Assembly (NCBI GenBank): GCA_965533395.1 | Contig: CBESWY010000002.1 | Location: 1 to 40,656, forward strand | DNA from: an uncultured Myxococcales bacterium | GTDB lineage: Bacteria; Myxococcota_A; Polyangia; Polyangiales; Houyiibacteriaceae | DNA length: 40,656 nt | Reading direction: 5' to 3' | Shown: piece after piece, positions 18,201 to 26,435 of the stretch | How the letters are laid out: the number at the start of each line of letters is the position of its first letter | How positions within the stretch are numbered: position 1 is the stretch's first letter | Made by a program: the position numbers and the translations under genes | Notes under the pieces: generated by a model | What the model was told of the DNA's origin: nothing | The model's input: the letters and a program-made list of their open reading frames with translations, nothing else | The model's database searches: none

Positions 18201-19694
18201 TTGTTCCGCGTGAAGGGCGTGCCGCGTGAGGTCGTACTTGAAGTACGCGAGGGTCCCTCGTTCATCCGGCTCGATCTCGCTTTGCATCAGCTCGTCGCAA
18301 CGCGCCAGCATGGCCTCCGGCCGTTGGGCGCGCATCGCCGCGCCCAACGCTTCTCGGATGATCGCAGTCTTCGACGTCGTGGCCGCTTCGATGGCCAAGC
18401 TGTAGAGCGATTGCGCGTCGTCCGAGCGGTCCGCGTCGGCGCTGTATAGCTGAGCAGCTCTCCAGGCGAGTTGGGCCTGCCTCTCTCCCTCCGCGCGCTC
18501 CGCCTGCTCCTTGAACGCGTCGGCGCGCTCGGTGTGGCGCGCGGCGCGGATCAGCGCGACGTCGAACGCCCCCCGGGCGTAGCCGGAATCTGGGAACCGC
18601 GCTGCCAGGTCGCGAAGTGTTTCCAAAGCGCCGTGGAAATCGTCGCTCGACCTCGCGAGCCGCAGCTCGTGTGCAACGAAGGCCGGGTCCTCTGGGGCCG
18701 TCGTTCGGAACCACTCCGATGCGTTCTCGATCGCGGTAGCGTCGCCACGATGCTCGGCGAGCAGCAGGGATTGCAATCGGGTTAGCCGACTGTCCGGCGT
18801 CCATCGAAGGGCCGATTCGAGGTAGCCTGCCGCGGCGTCGGCGTCGTCGAGATGCGTGGCGCTGCAAGTCGCCGCTTCCTGCCACAGGTGCGCCGCTCTC
18901 GGTCGAAGTGCACCCTCTGGGATCGAGAGACTCAGCGGATCGGGCGAACCGCCCGCTTCGATCGTCGCTTCGAGCAATCCTGCCATCGAGGTTACCGCGC
19001 GCACGAACACATCCCAGCGCTCGTGCTCACGGGCCGTACGAGCTTGCAGTGACCGGGCCTGCCAAACGAGCGCATCGCACTCACAGGCACGTTCGAGCGC
19101 TGCAATCGCATCATCGGGGTTGCCAGCGCTGAGCTCGTGCAGCCCGAGGTCGACCCAAAGAGCGGCGCGCAGAGTCGGGTCGGCGGCGTGCTTCGCCTGT
19201 GCGAGCAGGGCATCCCGAACGGCGCCATCGTCACCGCGCGCCTCGGCCAGCCACTCGAGAATGAGCGCCGGCACAGCCGGCTGCAAAGAGCGCGAAATCG
19301 CTTCGCGCAGGAGCGATGCCCAATCTTCGGAGTGCATCGCCAAATCCAGGAGCGCAGCGCCGCTCACCGCAGGGCTCGTCGATCGCGCGACCTGCTCCGA
19401 ACGAAGCGCCGCCAGGTCGTAACCGATCTCCGCGCGTTCCGCGATTCGCAGGCGGGCAATGAGTGCCGGCTGGAAGCCCGGAGCGGCGGCGCACGCACGC
19501 TCATATTGCTCGATGGCCTCCGAAGTCTGCTCCAGCTCGTGCTCGTAGAGCGCTCCGACTTGATAAAGGATCGCTGCGTGAGCCCGCGGCTCGGTCTCTG
19601 CGTCGAGCTCGCGGCGCAGGTTGGCAATGCGCAACTCTACCAAGTCGCGCCTGCGCGCACTCTCCGCTAGGCCCATGGGCGCCCTTTCGATCAT
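15273..19694 (-). CDS. Giant TPR-repeat protein (about 1470 aa), paralogous in layout to the downstream giant
   Basis: Uninterrupted ORF with TPR-like helical repeats throughout (e.g. AILYQVGALYEHELEQTSEAIEQYERACAAAPGF). I prefer the start at ATG 19694 (MIERAPMGLAES), 13 nt after the SDR stop and preceded by GGGCGGAAA. The track start 19745 would overlap the SDR 3' end by 38 nt and remains possible. Confidence 0.85.
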   Translation of the reverse strand: MIERAPMGLAESARRRDLVELRIANLRRELDAETEPRAHAAILYQVGALYEHELEQTSEAIEQYERACAAAPGFQPALIARLRIAERAEIGYDLAALRSEQVARSTSPAVSGAALLDLAMHSEDWASLLREAISRSLQPAVPALILEWLAEARGDDGAVRDALLAQAKHAADPTLRAALWVDLGLHELSAGNPDDAIAALERACECDALVWQARSLQARTAREHERWDVFVRAVTSMAGLLEATIEAGGSPDPLSLSIPEGALRPRAAHLWQEAATCSATHLDDADAAAGYLESALRWTPDSRLTRLQSLLLAEHRGDATAIENASEWFRTTAPEDPAFVAHELRLARSSDDFHGALETLRDLAARFPDSGYARGAFDVALIRAARHTERADAFKEQAERAEGERQAQLAWRAAQLYSADADRSDDAQSLYSLAIEAATTSKTAIIREALGAAMRAQRPEAMLARCDELMQSEIEPDERGTLAYFKYDLTRHALHAEQDAEQFLRDALGDANNRAWAPALARAQSAWKGDLGLLARAHEEGAEHASGDRRLGHLCAAGQAHARNRDWDAAERVLRSALATAPDDGNAISLLDAVLREGGHPEDVVSLARERSSADSRTALGERSLLLAGATAERSGNIAAARQAYEQALADAPGSTSAALALLDVSRRQADESAMRRAYSSLSNSDLAGGVPELFALLLGDSLGSDVGVDACRAYELALDHPCTATAAAIAILSLPVKLSNADQRAAAEELLSDAGARAPADANGFTAGYGALRASLGELGSSAGDAWLQLSAAAPTEGLRAATLLQGLRALGIARGTEGADELFMRAQEAEALSALHPDAAVAIDEALAPTDEAALRVHALAQKLHHSEALGRGALEAAHCRALVEADRGAEAVALLSNAIDERPDDLALWETLRSAARQAGEWPMVAQACERLAPFVEDSLRGDLLEEAGVVRMECLQQYQQAEDLFRRALEEDPTRDLAFRSLRDLLVAREDAEALEVLVAERLALGGPKDRPALLYERARLLRGFSDRPGALEVLDELFTTDPDHAGALALAAEVHVSLERWAEAVDCLQRLSRANIPDEQRRVAHLGAAGFLETQLGAKAEALEELRAVEALGLADSGNWTRIAALETELGRPEAATDAYRRALQADPASATAISGLVELVDGTEVDTAVASYEAAVWSQIDAGELAASHLEALRSAAEWRGHQGRAAAAVAVQRALGLAAPADDQSVDLGQVSVAALWDPKAEPVLQELVLRAGPALGSDRLRAKKADPNDPVVTELERVSQRFGARTGSIEISDELATLVARTGRDGEIRWVVPRRARGGLDPKARFVAGRLAWAAPHGGAQLIDGSPEQAAGTLLAVLRVARCKVEAGDPPLPATDVKLRRAARKAVHQAVGGAKLHSSSLLAYARSLQRSADRAGLLACGEIGAGLAVLLNQEPNPEALRVSSRGLDLLRFWLDADSPLWGSHG

Positions 19695-19707
19695 TTTCCG
19701 CCCACGA

Positions 19708-20469
19708 CTAGGTAATGGTCCAACCGCCGTCGATGACCATGACATCTCCCGTCAGGTAGTCCGATTCGTCCGAAGCCAAGAAGACGGCGCCTCCCGCGAT
19801 GTCCCTCGGCTGACCGACCCGGCCCAAGGCCGTCTTGTTGACGATGCTGGATCGAATCTCATCGTTGTCGACCAGCACCTGCGCGAACTTGGTTTCGATC
19901 AGCCCGGGTGCGATCGCATTGACTCGAATCCCGTTCGCGCCGAGCTCCATCGCCAAGGTTCTCGTCATCGAGATCACCGCAGATTTGGTCATGGCGTAGA
20001 CGCCTTGCATCGGCGCACCCATCAGGCCGACGACGCTCGCGATGTTGACGATCGACCCTTTCGCTTTGCGCTGCTGCAAGTGGCCGGCAACGAGCTGGAT
20101 CATTCCAAAGTAGCCCTTCACGTTCACCTCGAAGGTTTTGTCCCAGGCCGCCTCGTCGATGCTGAGCATCGGACCAAAGTGCGGGTTCGTAGCCGCGTTG
20201 TTGACCAGGATGTCGACCTTGCCATAGGCCTCGAGCGCCTGTTCGAGCATCTCTTCCCGCTGATTTCGGTGGCCGACGTGGCACGCGATCGCCGTTGCGT
20301 CGCCGCCCTGGGCTCGGATCTCGTCGGCCGCGCCCTGCAGGCTGTCGATCTTTCGCGAGACGAGAATCACCTTGGCTCCCTCTTCGGCCATGCAGCTCGC
20401 AATGGCCGCTCCGATCCCCCGGCTTGCTCCGGTCACGATCGCGACCTTGTCTCGTAGGCGCTCACCCAT
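19708..20469 (-). CDS. SDR-family NAD(P)-dependent oxidoreductase (classical short-chain dehydrogenase)
   Basis: MGERLRDKVAIVTGASRGIGAAIA (TGxxxGxG), NNAA, and a Y-x3-K catalytic pair (YAMTKSAV), about 253 aa. The start is set at ATG 20469, preceded by GAGGAGGGG. The 143 upstream codons of the track ORF (to 20898) have junk composition and lie antisense to the antiporter gene. Confidence 0.92.
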   Translation of the reverse strand: MGERLRDKVAIVTGASRGIGAAIASCMAEEGAKVILVSRKIDSLQGAADEIRAQGGDATAIACHVGHRNQREEMLEQALEAYGKVDILVNNAATNPHFGPMLSIDEAAWDKTFEVNVKGYFGMIQLVAGHLQQRKAKGSIVNIASVVGLMGAPMQGVYAMTKSAVISMTRTLAMELGANGIRVNAIAPGLIETKFAQVLVDNDEIRSSIVNKTALGRVGQPRDIAGGAVFLASDESDYLTGDVMVIDGGWTIT

Positions 20470-20634
20470 GCTGTCCCCTCCTCTGGTCCGACACGTATAG
20501 CGCTCCGCGGGGTGGTTTTGCCAGCGCGATCTGCACGAGGCTTGCACGCTTGCGCTCCTGAGCGAAACTAGGCCGCTGTTCGTTTCGCCGAAGAGGTCAT
20601 CCTGACGCTGTTCCAAGCCATAGCCGCCATCCTC

Positions 20635-21594
20635 GTGGGTTTCATCGCCGTGGTCTGGGGCGCCGATCGTTTCGTCTACGGTGCGGCAGGGCTGGCGAGC
20701 AACCTCGGCGTAAGCCGGTTGGTCATCGGGCTGACAATCGTGGCCTTCGGGACTTCGGCTCCCGAAATGTTGGTCTCTGGCATGGCCGCGATGGCCGGCA
20801 GCCGCGAGATGGGCGTCGGAAACGCCGTCGGCTCCAACATCACCAACGTGACGCTCGTTCTCGGCGCAGCCGCGCTCGTTCAACCGCTCAGCATCCACTC
20901 CCGCTTGCTAATCCGAGAGATCCCGATTTTGTTTCTTTGCATGGCCGTCGCCTGGGCGTTTCTCTGGGACGGAGAGCTCAGCCGCGTAGAAGGCCTCCTC
21001 CTGCTCTTTGGGATGTTCCTCCTGGTCGCCTGGATCGGCACGCAGGGCCGCAAAGCGGACCCGGGCTACAGCGATCCGCCCCCCGGCGCCTTCGACCACG
21101 ATGACATCCCCGACGCGCTGCCCACCGCCAAGGCGATTGTCCTGTTCTCCGTTGGTCTGCTCCTTCTCTTGGCTGGCTCTCGTGTGCTGGTCTGGGGCGC
21201 GCTCGAGATCGCCCGCGACCTCGGCGTAAGCGAGCTGGTGATCGGTCTGACGCTGGTCGCGCTCGGGACGAGCCTTCCCGAGCTCGCAGCTTCGGTGGCG
21301 GCCGCGCGCCGCGGGGAACAAGACATCGCCGTCGGCAACGTCGTCGGGTCCAACATGTTCAACCTGCTTGGCGTGCTCGCGCTGCCGGGCATCATCGCGC
21401 CCGGCGAGGTAAACCGCTCGATCATCCTCCGTGACTTCCCGATCATGGTGGGCGTCACATTGCTGCTTCTATTGATGGCGGTGAACGAGCGCAGTCACAT
21501 CGGCCGCAAACGAGGGATCACGCTCATCCTCGTTTTTGTGATCTATTTCGTGATGCTCTTCTGGAATCCGTCCTTGCCCGCGCTACCGGGCTAA
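20635..21594 (+). CDS. CaCA-family calcium/sodium (cation) antiporter, YrbG-like
   Basis: Two alpha-repeat motifs, GLTIVAFGTSAPEMLVS and GLTLVALGTSLPELAAS, with GNVVGSN in both halves and about 10 TM segments. Coordinates use the first canonical start (GTG 20635). The true start is probably CTG 20602 (see finding). Confidence 0.9.
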   Translation: MGFIAVVWGADRFVYGAAGLASNLGVSRLVIGLTIVAFGTSAPEMLVSGMAAMAGSREMGVGNAVGSNITNVTLVLGAAALVQPLSIHSRLLIREIPILFLCMAVAWAFLWDGELSRVEGLLLLFGMFLLVAWIGTQGRKADPGYSDPPPGAFDHDDIPDALPTAKAIVLFSVGLLLLLAGSRVLVWGALEIARDLGVSELVIGLTLVALGTSLPELAASVAAARRGEQDIAVGNVVGSNMFNLLGVLALPGIIAPGEVNRSIILRDFPIMVGVTLLLLLMAVNERSHIGRKRGITLILVFVIYFVMLFWNPSLPALPG

Positions 21595-22208
21595 GCGATG
21601 CGGGTCCAGACCAGTGTCATGTTGTTGGCCGGCATCGGCACACGCTCCTGCAGCTCGAACCCGGTGCGCTCGGCGAGCTCCTTGAGCGCATCGATGTCCC
21701 GAACGCCCCAGAGCGGGTTGCGCGACCGAAGGCTTTCGTCGAAGGCCAGGTTGCTTTGCGCGCTGTGGGCGCCGTGGAGCCTGTACGGGCCGTAGGTGAT
21801 CAGCGGCGAGCCGCCTGCAAGCAGCGCGCCTGCGCCGCGGAACAGGCTCTCGGTGGTTTCCCACGGCGAGATGTGGATCATGTTGACGCACAGCAGGGCG
21901 TTGGCGCTTGCGATAGGCCATCGAGGCGAGCGCACGTCGAGCTCGATCGGGGGCAAGAGATTCTCCAGAGCCGATTCCTCCACCCAAGCCTGGATGCTGC
22001 GCAAGGCGTCCACCGATGCGTCGCTCGGCTGCCAGAGCAGGCCCGACAGATGCTCCGAAAAAAAGACCGCGTGCTGTCCGGTTCCGCTGGCGACTTCGAG
22101 CACGAGGCCGGTGCCCGGCAGCACACGCCGAAGGACGTCGAGGATCGGTTGCCGATTGCGTTCGGCGGCCGGTGCGAAACCCTTTGCCATCACGCTTGCA
22201 TAGCCCAT
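21591..22208 (-). CDS. DUF938-family class I SAM-dependent methyltransferase-like protein
   Basis: 205 aa. APAAERNRQPILDVLRRVL and VLEVASGTGQHAVFF (a SAM-binding glycine-rich loop) followed by WQPSD, which is the DUF938 signature as I remember it. Its stop overlaps the antiporter stop. Confidence 0.8.
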   Translation of the reverse strand: MGYASVMAKGFAPAAERNRQPILDVLRRVLPGTGLVLEVASGTGQHAVFFSEHLSGLLWQPSDASVDALRSIQAWVEESALENLLPPIELDVRSPRWPIASANALLCVNMIHISPWETTESLFRGAGALLAGGSPLITYGPYRLHGAHSAQSNLAFDESLRSRNPLWGVRDIDALKELAERTGFELQERVPMPANNMTLVWTRIA

Positions 22209-22270
22209 AACTTCCCGTCATCGAAGCCAACCACGACGATTGGAGGGGAAAGCTCGGCTGGGGGCTGATC

Positions 22271-24448
22271 GTGTCGCTGTGTATTGCCACGCCTTGGCTC
22301 ACGCGCGCTCTGCTCCTCTACGAGAAGCGCCTGGCCTTGGCGCCGATCGACCTCCGCGGCGCTCTTGCCGACGCTTCGGTCGCTTTGCCGATGGTCGGAC
22401 TCTTGGGGCTCCTGCTGGCGACCCAGCGTCTCTGGGGGCGGGTCCTCGCGTTGCTGCTCCTCGTCGCGTTCGTTTTCGCGAGCTTCGCGATGTACGAGTT
22501 CATTTCGGTTTTCGATTCTCTGTACGCGTTCAGTCACGCCGGCTTCCTGGGTGATTCGACGTTTCTCGGCGGCTCGGTCCGGCACGCACGCCACCCGCTC
22601 CTGGTCCTGTCGATCACGGCCCTGTCGATCCTCGGGGTGGTTTGGGCGCGCCTTCCGGCCTCGCTCTGGTGGAGATGGTGGGGCCTCGGGTTTGCGGTTT
22701 CGGTGTTCGGGCAAGTGGTCATCCCGACTTCGTATACCCACGACGAGTGGCGCGAGCGTCATGCGATTCAGGCCAATCTCGAGATCTTCCCGCGCTCGGC
22801 CCGCCCCCACGGAGTCACGATCAGCGCCGAGGTGCGAGCTGTGTTCCGCGCTGATCTCGACGGCGAGCGCTGGGTCGGGCCGCTGACCACCCGGCCGAAC
22901 GTACTCCTCATTCTGATCGAAGCTGCGTCAGGCGCGCACCTGCCTTCGGTTGCAGCCGCCGAAGGTGTCCGGAGCACCATCGAGATGCCCAAGCTCGACG
23001 CGCTCGCTCGTCGGCATGTTTTGCTCACTCACGTGGTTTCGCATCAACGGCAGACAAACCGCGGGGAGTACGGAATCCTGTGCGGGGACTACCCGAAGCT
23101 TCTCAGCGACCAGTCTAAGATGAGCGAGCAGGTCTATGCCCCGGCGCGCCGCTGTCTTCCCGAGGTCTTGCGCGAGCACGGGTACGCGACGGCCTACATT
23201 CAATCGGCGCCTCTCGGATTCATGCTCAAGGACCAATTCATGAAGAAGGCCGGCTTCGAGGAGCTCATCGGCGACGCTTGGTTCGAGCGAAGCTATGCGC
23301 GCACCGACTGGGGCGTCGACGACAAGGCGTTCTTCGAGCAGTCGCTCGGGCGCGTGCTCCAGCTTCATGACGCGGAGCGGCCGTTCTTCGCGACGCTCTT
23401 GACGGTCGGCACGCACCATCCGTTTACCATTCCGGACAGCGCAGCCGTCGAAGGCGCTCGGACCCGGCAAGAGCAGGCATTTCGTTGGGCCGACGACGCG
23501 CTCGCGGACTTCCTTGCAGAGCTCGAGCGGCGCGGAGTACTAGACGACACGCTCGTGGTCATCACCTCCGATGAATCGACCGGGCTGGCGCAGGCCGCGA
23601 GCGCCACGCACCGGCTGCTCTCCCAAAGTTGGTCCTTCGCCATCGTCATGCTTCCCGAGCCCATGGCGAAACGCATCGATACGCTCTTCGCGCACGTCGA
23701 CACCGCGCTTTCGGTCACGGACCTCGTCGGCTTGGAGCATGAGGCGGAGGGATTCGTCGGGCGGAGCTGGTTCCGAGATTACAAATCACCGCGTCCCGTT
23801 TTTTCCGGGAACACCTATGCCCGGCGCGTGATGATGTTCGAACCCTCCGGCAGCGCGTTGGTCTGCAACGAATCGTTTCAGAATTGTTCGCGCTCGATTC
23901 CGCTGGCAGGTTTGCCGTTCGGTCCGAATCGCAAGCAAGAGCCGGCGCCGGATCGAGCCCGGCAGCTGCTCACCGAGGTGGCTCGTCTCTCCCGCTCGGG
24001 GCGTGCTGACATGACAGAGGCCGGGGGGATCGACCTTCTCGTCGAAGAGCGGGTGCCGGTGCGAGCCGCGGATGGCAAAAAGCTGCTGATCGGCGGCCAG
24101 TATTTCCGGGTTCCCGGCGGCACGACCTTGCGGGTTGATTTGGATCTCGAAGTCCTGGGCGAGGAATCGGCGATGGAGCTCCATCAAGACGTATTTTTGG
24201 GAGGCTATGTGAAGTTCGAGCGAAAGGCCTTCGAGCTTCGCGGCGGGGAGCGCTGGCGTTTGAGCTACGAGATCGGCGTTCCACACGACGCCAGCCAACT
24301 CGTGGTGCAGCTCTACGCGAAGACGGTCTCAGGTGACGCAGCGACGATCCGCTTTCACGACGCCCGGCTCTCGATGATCGCCGGCAACGTGACTTCCGAT
24401 GTCACGGTCGTCATCGAGGACGAGGTGTCTAGGGGCGATTCCCGCTGA
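22271..24448 (+). CDS. Membrane-anchored LTA-synthase/OpgB(MdoB)-like phosphoglycerol-type transferase (alkaline phosphatase superfamily)
   Basis: 725 aa. About 5 N-terminal TM helices, then a sulfatase-fold domain: NVLLILIEAASG (metal-binding block), HQRQTNRGEYGILCG (Thr nucleophile context as in GT.NsEf..l.G), TVGTHHPF, VVITSDES. A further ~200-aa C-terminal domain is of unknown type. GTG is the first canonical start. Confidence 0.8.
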   Translation: MSLCIATPWLTRALLLYEKRLALAPIDLRGALADASVALPMVGLLGLLLATQRLWGRVLALLLLVAFVFASFAMYEFISVFDSLYAFSHAGFLGDSTFLGGSVRHARHPLLVLSITALSILGVVWARLPASLWWRWWGLGFAVSVFGQVVIPTSYTHDEWRERHAIQANLEIFPRSARPHGVTISAEVRAVFRADLDGERWVGPLTTRPNVLLILIEAASGAHLPSVAAAEGVRSTIEMPKLDALARRHVLLTHVVSHQRQTNRGEYGILCGDYPKLLSDQSKMSEQVYAPARRCLPEVLREHGYATAYIQSAPLGFMLKDQFMKKAGFEELIGDAWFERSYARTDWGVDDKAFFEQSLGRVLQLHDAERPFFATLLTVGTHHPFTIPDSAAVEGARTRQEQAFRWADDALADFLAELERRGVLDDTLVVITSDESTGLAQAASATHRLLSQSWSFAIVMLPEPMAKRIDTLFAHVDTALSVTDLVGLEHEAEGFVGRSWFRDYKSPRPVFSGNTYARRVMMFEPSGSALVCNESFQNCSRSIPLAGLPFGPNRKQEPAPDRARQLLTEVARLSRSGRADMTEAGGIDLLVEERVPVRAADGKKLLIGGQYFRVPGGTTLRVDLDLEVLGEESAMELHQDVFLGGYVKFERKAFELRGGERWRLSYEIGVPHDASQLVVQLYAKTVSGDAATIRFHDARLSMIAGNVTSDVTVVIEDEVSRGDSR

Positions 24449-26435
24449 GCTGCAGTCGGCACCGGATGCGTCTGAGCTGCGCCTGCTCCCAGCGATCAAG
24501 CTCGGTTTCGAGAAGCCGCCGGGCGTCCGGGTTGGCGGATCGAATGCCGGGGTCCTCGCCCGGATTGGTTTCGTGGTCGAAGAAAAACGCCGTGCCCGCG
24601 CCGCGATGATGAATGAGCCGATAACCGTCGAGGCTAATCGCGCCCTTGGGCTCGTACCCTTTGCTGGACACGCGAATGCTTTGAAGGCGCGCGCGAATCG
24701 TCGCGTCGTCGAGCGCAGGGAGGCGAAAGCTGTCGAAAAGCTCGCGGCCACGGACAGGAAAGGCTTCGGAGAAGGTCGCGCGCCTGGGCAGGTTCGGGTC
24801 GAGCGTGAAGAGGCTCTGCGCCGCGATGTCGGACGGCAGGGGTAACCCCAGAAAATGCAGGACGGTCGGCGCGACATCGGCGATGCTGACGCCAACGCGG
24901 GGCTCGGCTGGCGCGAGGGCCGCGTGCCAGAGGACGAGCGGGACGTCCACCATCCAGCCGTTCAAATACACGTGGTGTCCCCAGTAGGACTTCTCGCCCA
25001 GGGCTTCTCCGTGATCGGAAAAGAAGATCACGAGACTGTCGTCGAGCCAGCGGTCGCGTTCTAGGTACTCCATCAACCGGCCGAGCTCCCGATCGAAGTA
25101 AGCGACCTCGCTGAGGTATGCGTTCTTTTTTCCGTCTCCGAAGGGAAACGCCGCATGTGGCTCGTAGGGGTCGTGCGGAGCGTAGTAGTGGACCCAGGCC
25201 ATCACCGAAGCATCGCTTCGGCGTGCCCGGCGGAGGCGAGCCACGAGTGCATCGGTCGTGTCGGCGTCGGTGGACGCGAACTCGGTTTCGACACCAGGTG
25301 CAAGAAACTGCTGCACGATCGGAAGACGAAACCAGGTCACATCCGGTAGGACCGCGATCTGCCGGTCGATGTGGGCGCGGGCGCGCGTGAAGATCGTTTC
25401 CGGCAGGGACGGGGAGAGGTAGAGCTCTGCGGGGCTCATTCCCGTAAACGCGCTGCCTACCGCAAAAAGGGTCGCAGGATAGGTCGAGGTGGCGCGCGCA
25501 AAAGATACCCCCTTAGCCGCCAGTCGCGACAGCTGCGGAGTGACCGCGCGTCCATCTTGCTTCAGGCCCACGATGTCTTTTCGCAGCGCGTCGACGGTGA
25601 TCAGGATCACGTTGCGTCGCCTGGCGGGTAGAATACCCATCCGGGAGGTCTCGACGATGGGTTTGGGTTCCGGGCAACCCGCTTCGTTGCTCCCTAAGCT
25701 GGTCTCTGTGCTCAGGTGGGGGAGCACGTACAGTGTTGCCAGCGCACCGGCTCGGCTTTGGCCGATAACCTCCCGCTGACCGGTCGCCACGAGCGCAGGC
25801 GCGAAGCGCGAGCCGACGCCAAAAAGCAGGCAGACCGCCGCCAAACCCGCGGCCATGAATCGCCGCGGCGAATTTCGAATGATGAGGTAGAGAACCGCGC
25901 CGCTCAGGAGCCCGGCAGGAAAGACGAGTCGGGCCATCGAATAATCGTAAGATCGGTAGCGCAGGATCGCGGCGGTAAGCAGGCCGACGGCGACGATGCT
26001 GAGGGCGATCCAAATCGCCTCCCATGGACCCCTCCGAAGTCGGACCCCGAGAATCAGCCAGAGCCATCCGGCTCCGGCGAGCAAGCCGAGCAGGGACAGC
26101 ACTGCGACTTGGAGGACCAATCGGCGAGGATGATCGAGCCAGCGTGGGCCGGAGAGCAAAAAGTCGATGTGCTCCCAGCCCACGGCCATCGTCAGTGCGA
26201 CTATCACGAGCGTGGACGCGACGACGATGGGTCGCGTCGCACCCGCCATTCGTGACGCCGCGGCCAAGGCGAGGGTGGTCGGTATCGAGCCAATGAGCGC
26301 TAGCCAAGACAGCTGCGCGAGCAAGCCAATCGAAACCGTTCCATGCGGGAGCAGACTCGCCATCAGGAAGAAGGCAGCGCCGAGGTAGGCGCCCGACCAG
26401 AGCATGAGAATCGAGTCGAATGGCTTAGCGGGCAT
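24429..26435 (-). CDS. Membrane-anchored sulfatase-fold (alkaline phosphatase superfamily) transferase/hydrolase
   Basis: 668 aa. About 8 N-terminal TM helices, then NVILITVDALRKD, ATSTYPATLFAVGSAFTG (Thr at the position of the C/S-x-P-x-R nucleophile, with the Arg also absent), HYYAPHDPY and FFSDHGEALGE. It overlaps the upstream GT-C gene by 11 nt. Confidence 0.8.
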   Translation of the reverse strand: MPAKPFDSILMLWSGAYLGAAFFLMASLLPHGTVSIGLLAQLSWLALIGSIPTTLALAAASRMAGATRPIVVASTLVIVALTMAVGWEHIDFLLSGPRWLDHPRRLVLQVAVLSLLGLLAGAGWLWLILGVRLRRGPWEAIWIALSIVAVGLLTAAILRYRSYDYSMARLVFPAGLLSGAVLYLIIRNSPRRFMAAGLAAVCLLFGVGSRFAPALVATGQREVIGQSRAGALATLYVLPHLSTETSLGSNEAGCPEPKPIVETSRMGILPARRRNVILITVDALRKDIVGLKQDGRAVTPQLSRLAAKGVSFARATSTYPATLFAVGSAFTGMSPAELYLSPSLPETIFTRARAHIDRQIAVLPDVTWFRLPIVQQFLAPGVETEFASTDADTTDALVARLRRARRSDASVMAWVHYYAPHDPYEPHAAFPFGDGKKNAYLSEVAYFDRELGRLMEYLERDRWLDDSLVIFFSDHGEALGEKSYWGHHVYLNGWMVDVPLVLWHAALAPAEPRVGVSIADVAPTVLHFLGLPLPSDIAAQSLFTLDPNLPRRATFSEAFPVRGRELFDSFRLPALDDATIRARLQSIRVSSKGYEPKGAISLDGYRLIHHRGAGTAFFFDHETNPGEDPGIRSANPDARRLLETELDRWEQAQLRRIRCRLQLSGNRP

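Noticed and set aside
20539-20553. Sigma-54-like GGCTTGCACGCTTGC upstream of the antiporter gene
   Set aside because: The GG-to-GC spacing is one nucleotide too long relative to TGGCAC-N5-TTGCA, and the -24 box is poor.
20470-20898. 143-codon N-terminal extension of the SDR ORF in the track (ORF 19708-20898)
   Set aside because: The SDR starts naturally at MGERLRDKVAIVTGAS with a strong GAGGAGGGG ribosome-binding site at 20469. The extension has junk composition and lies antisense to the antiporter gene.
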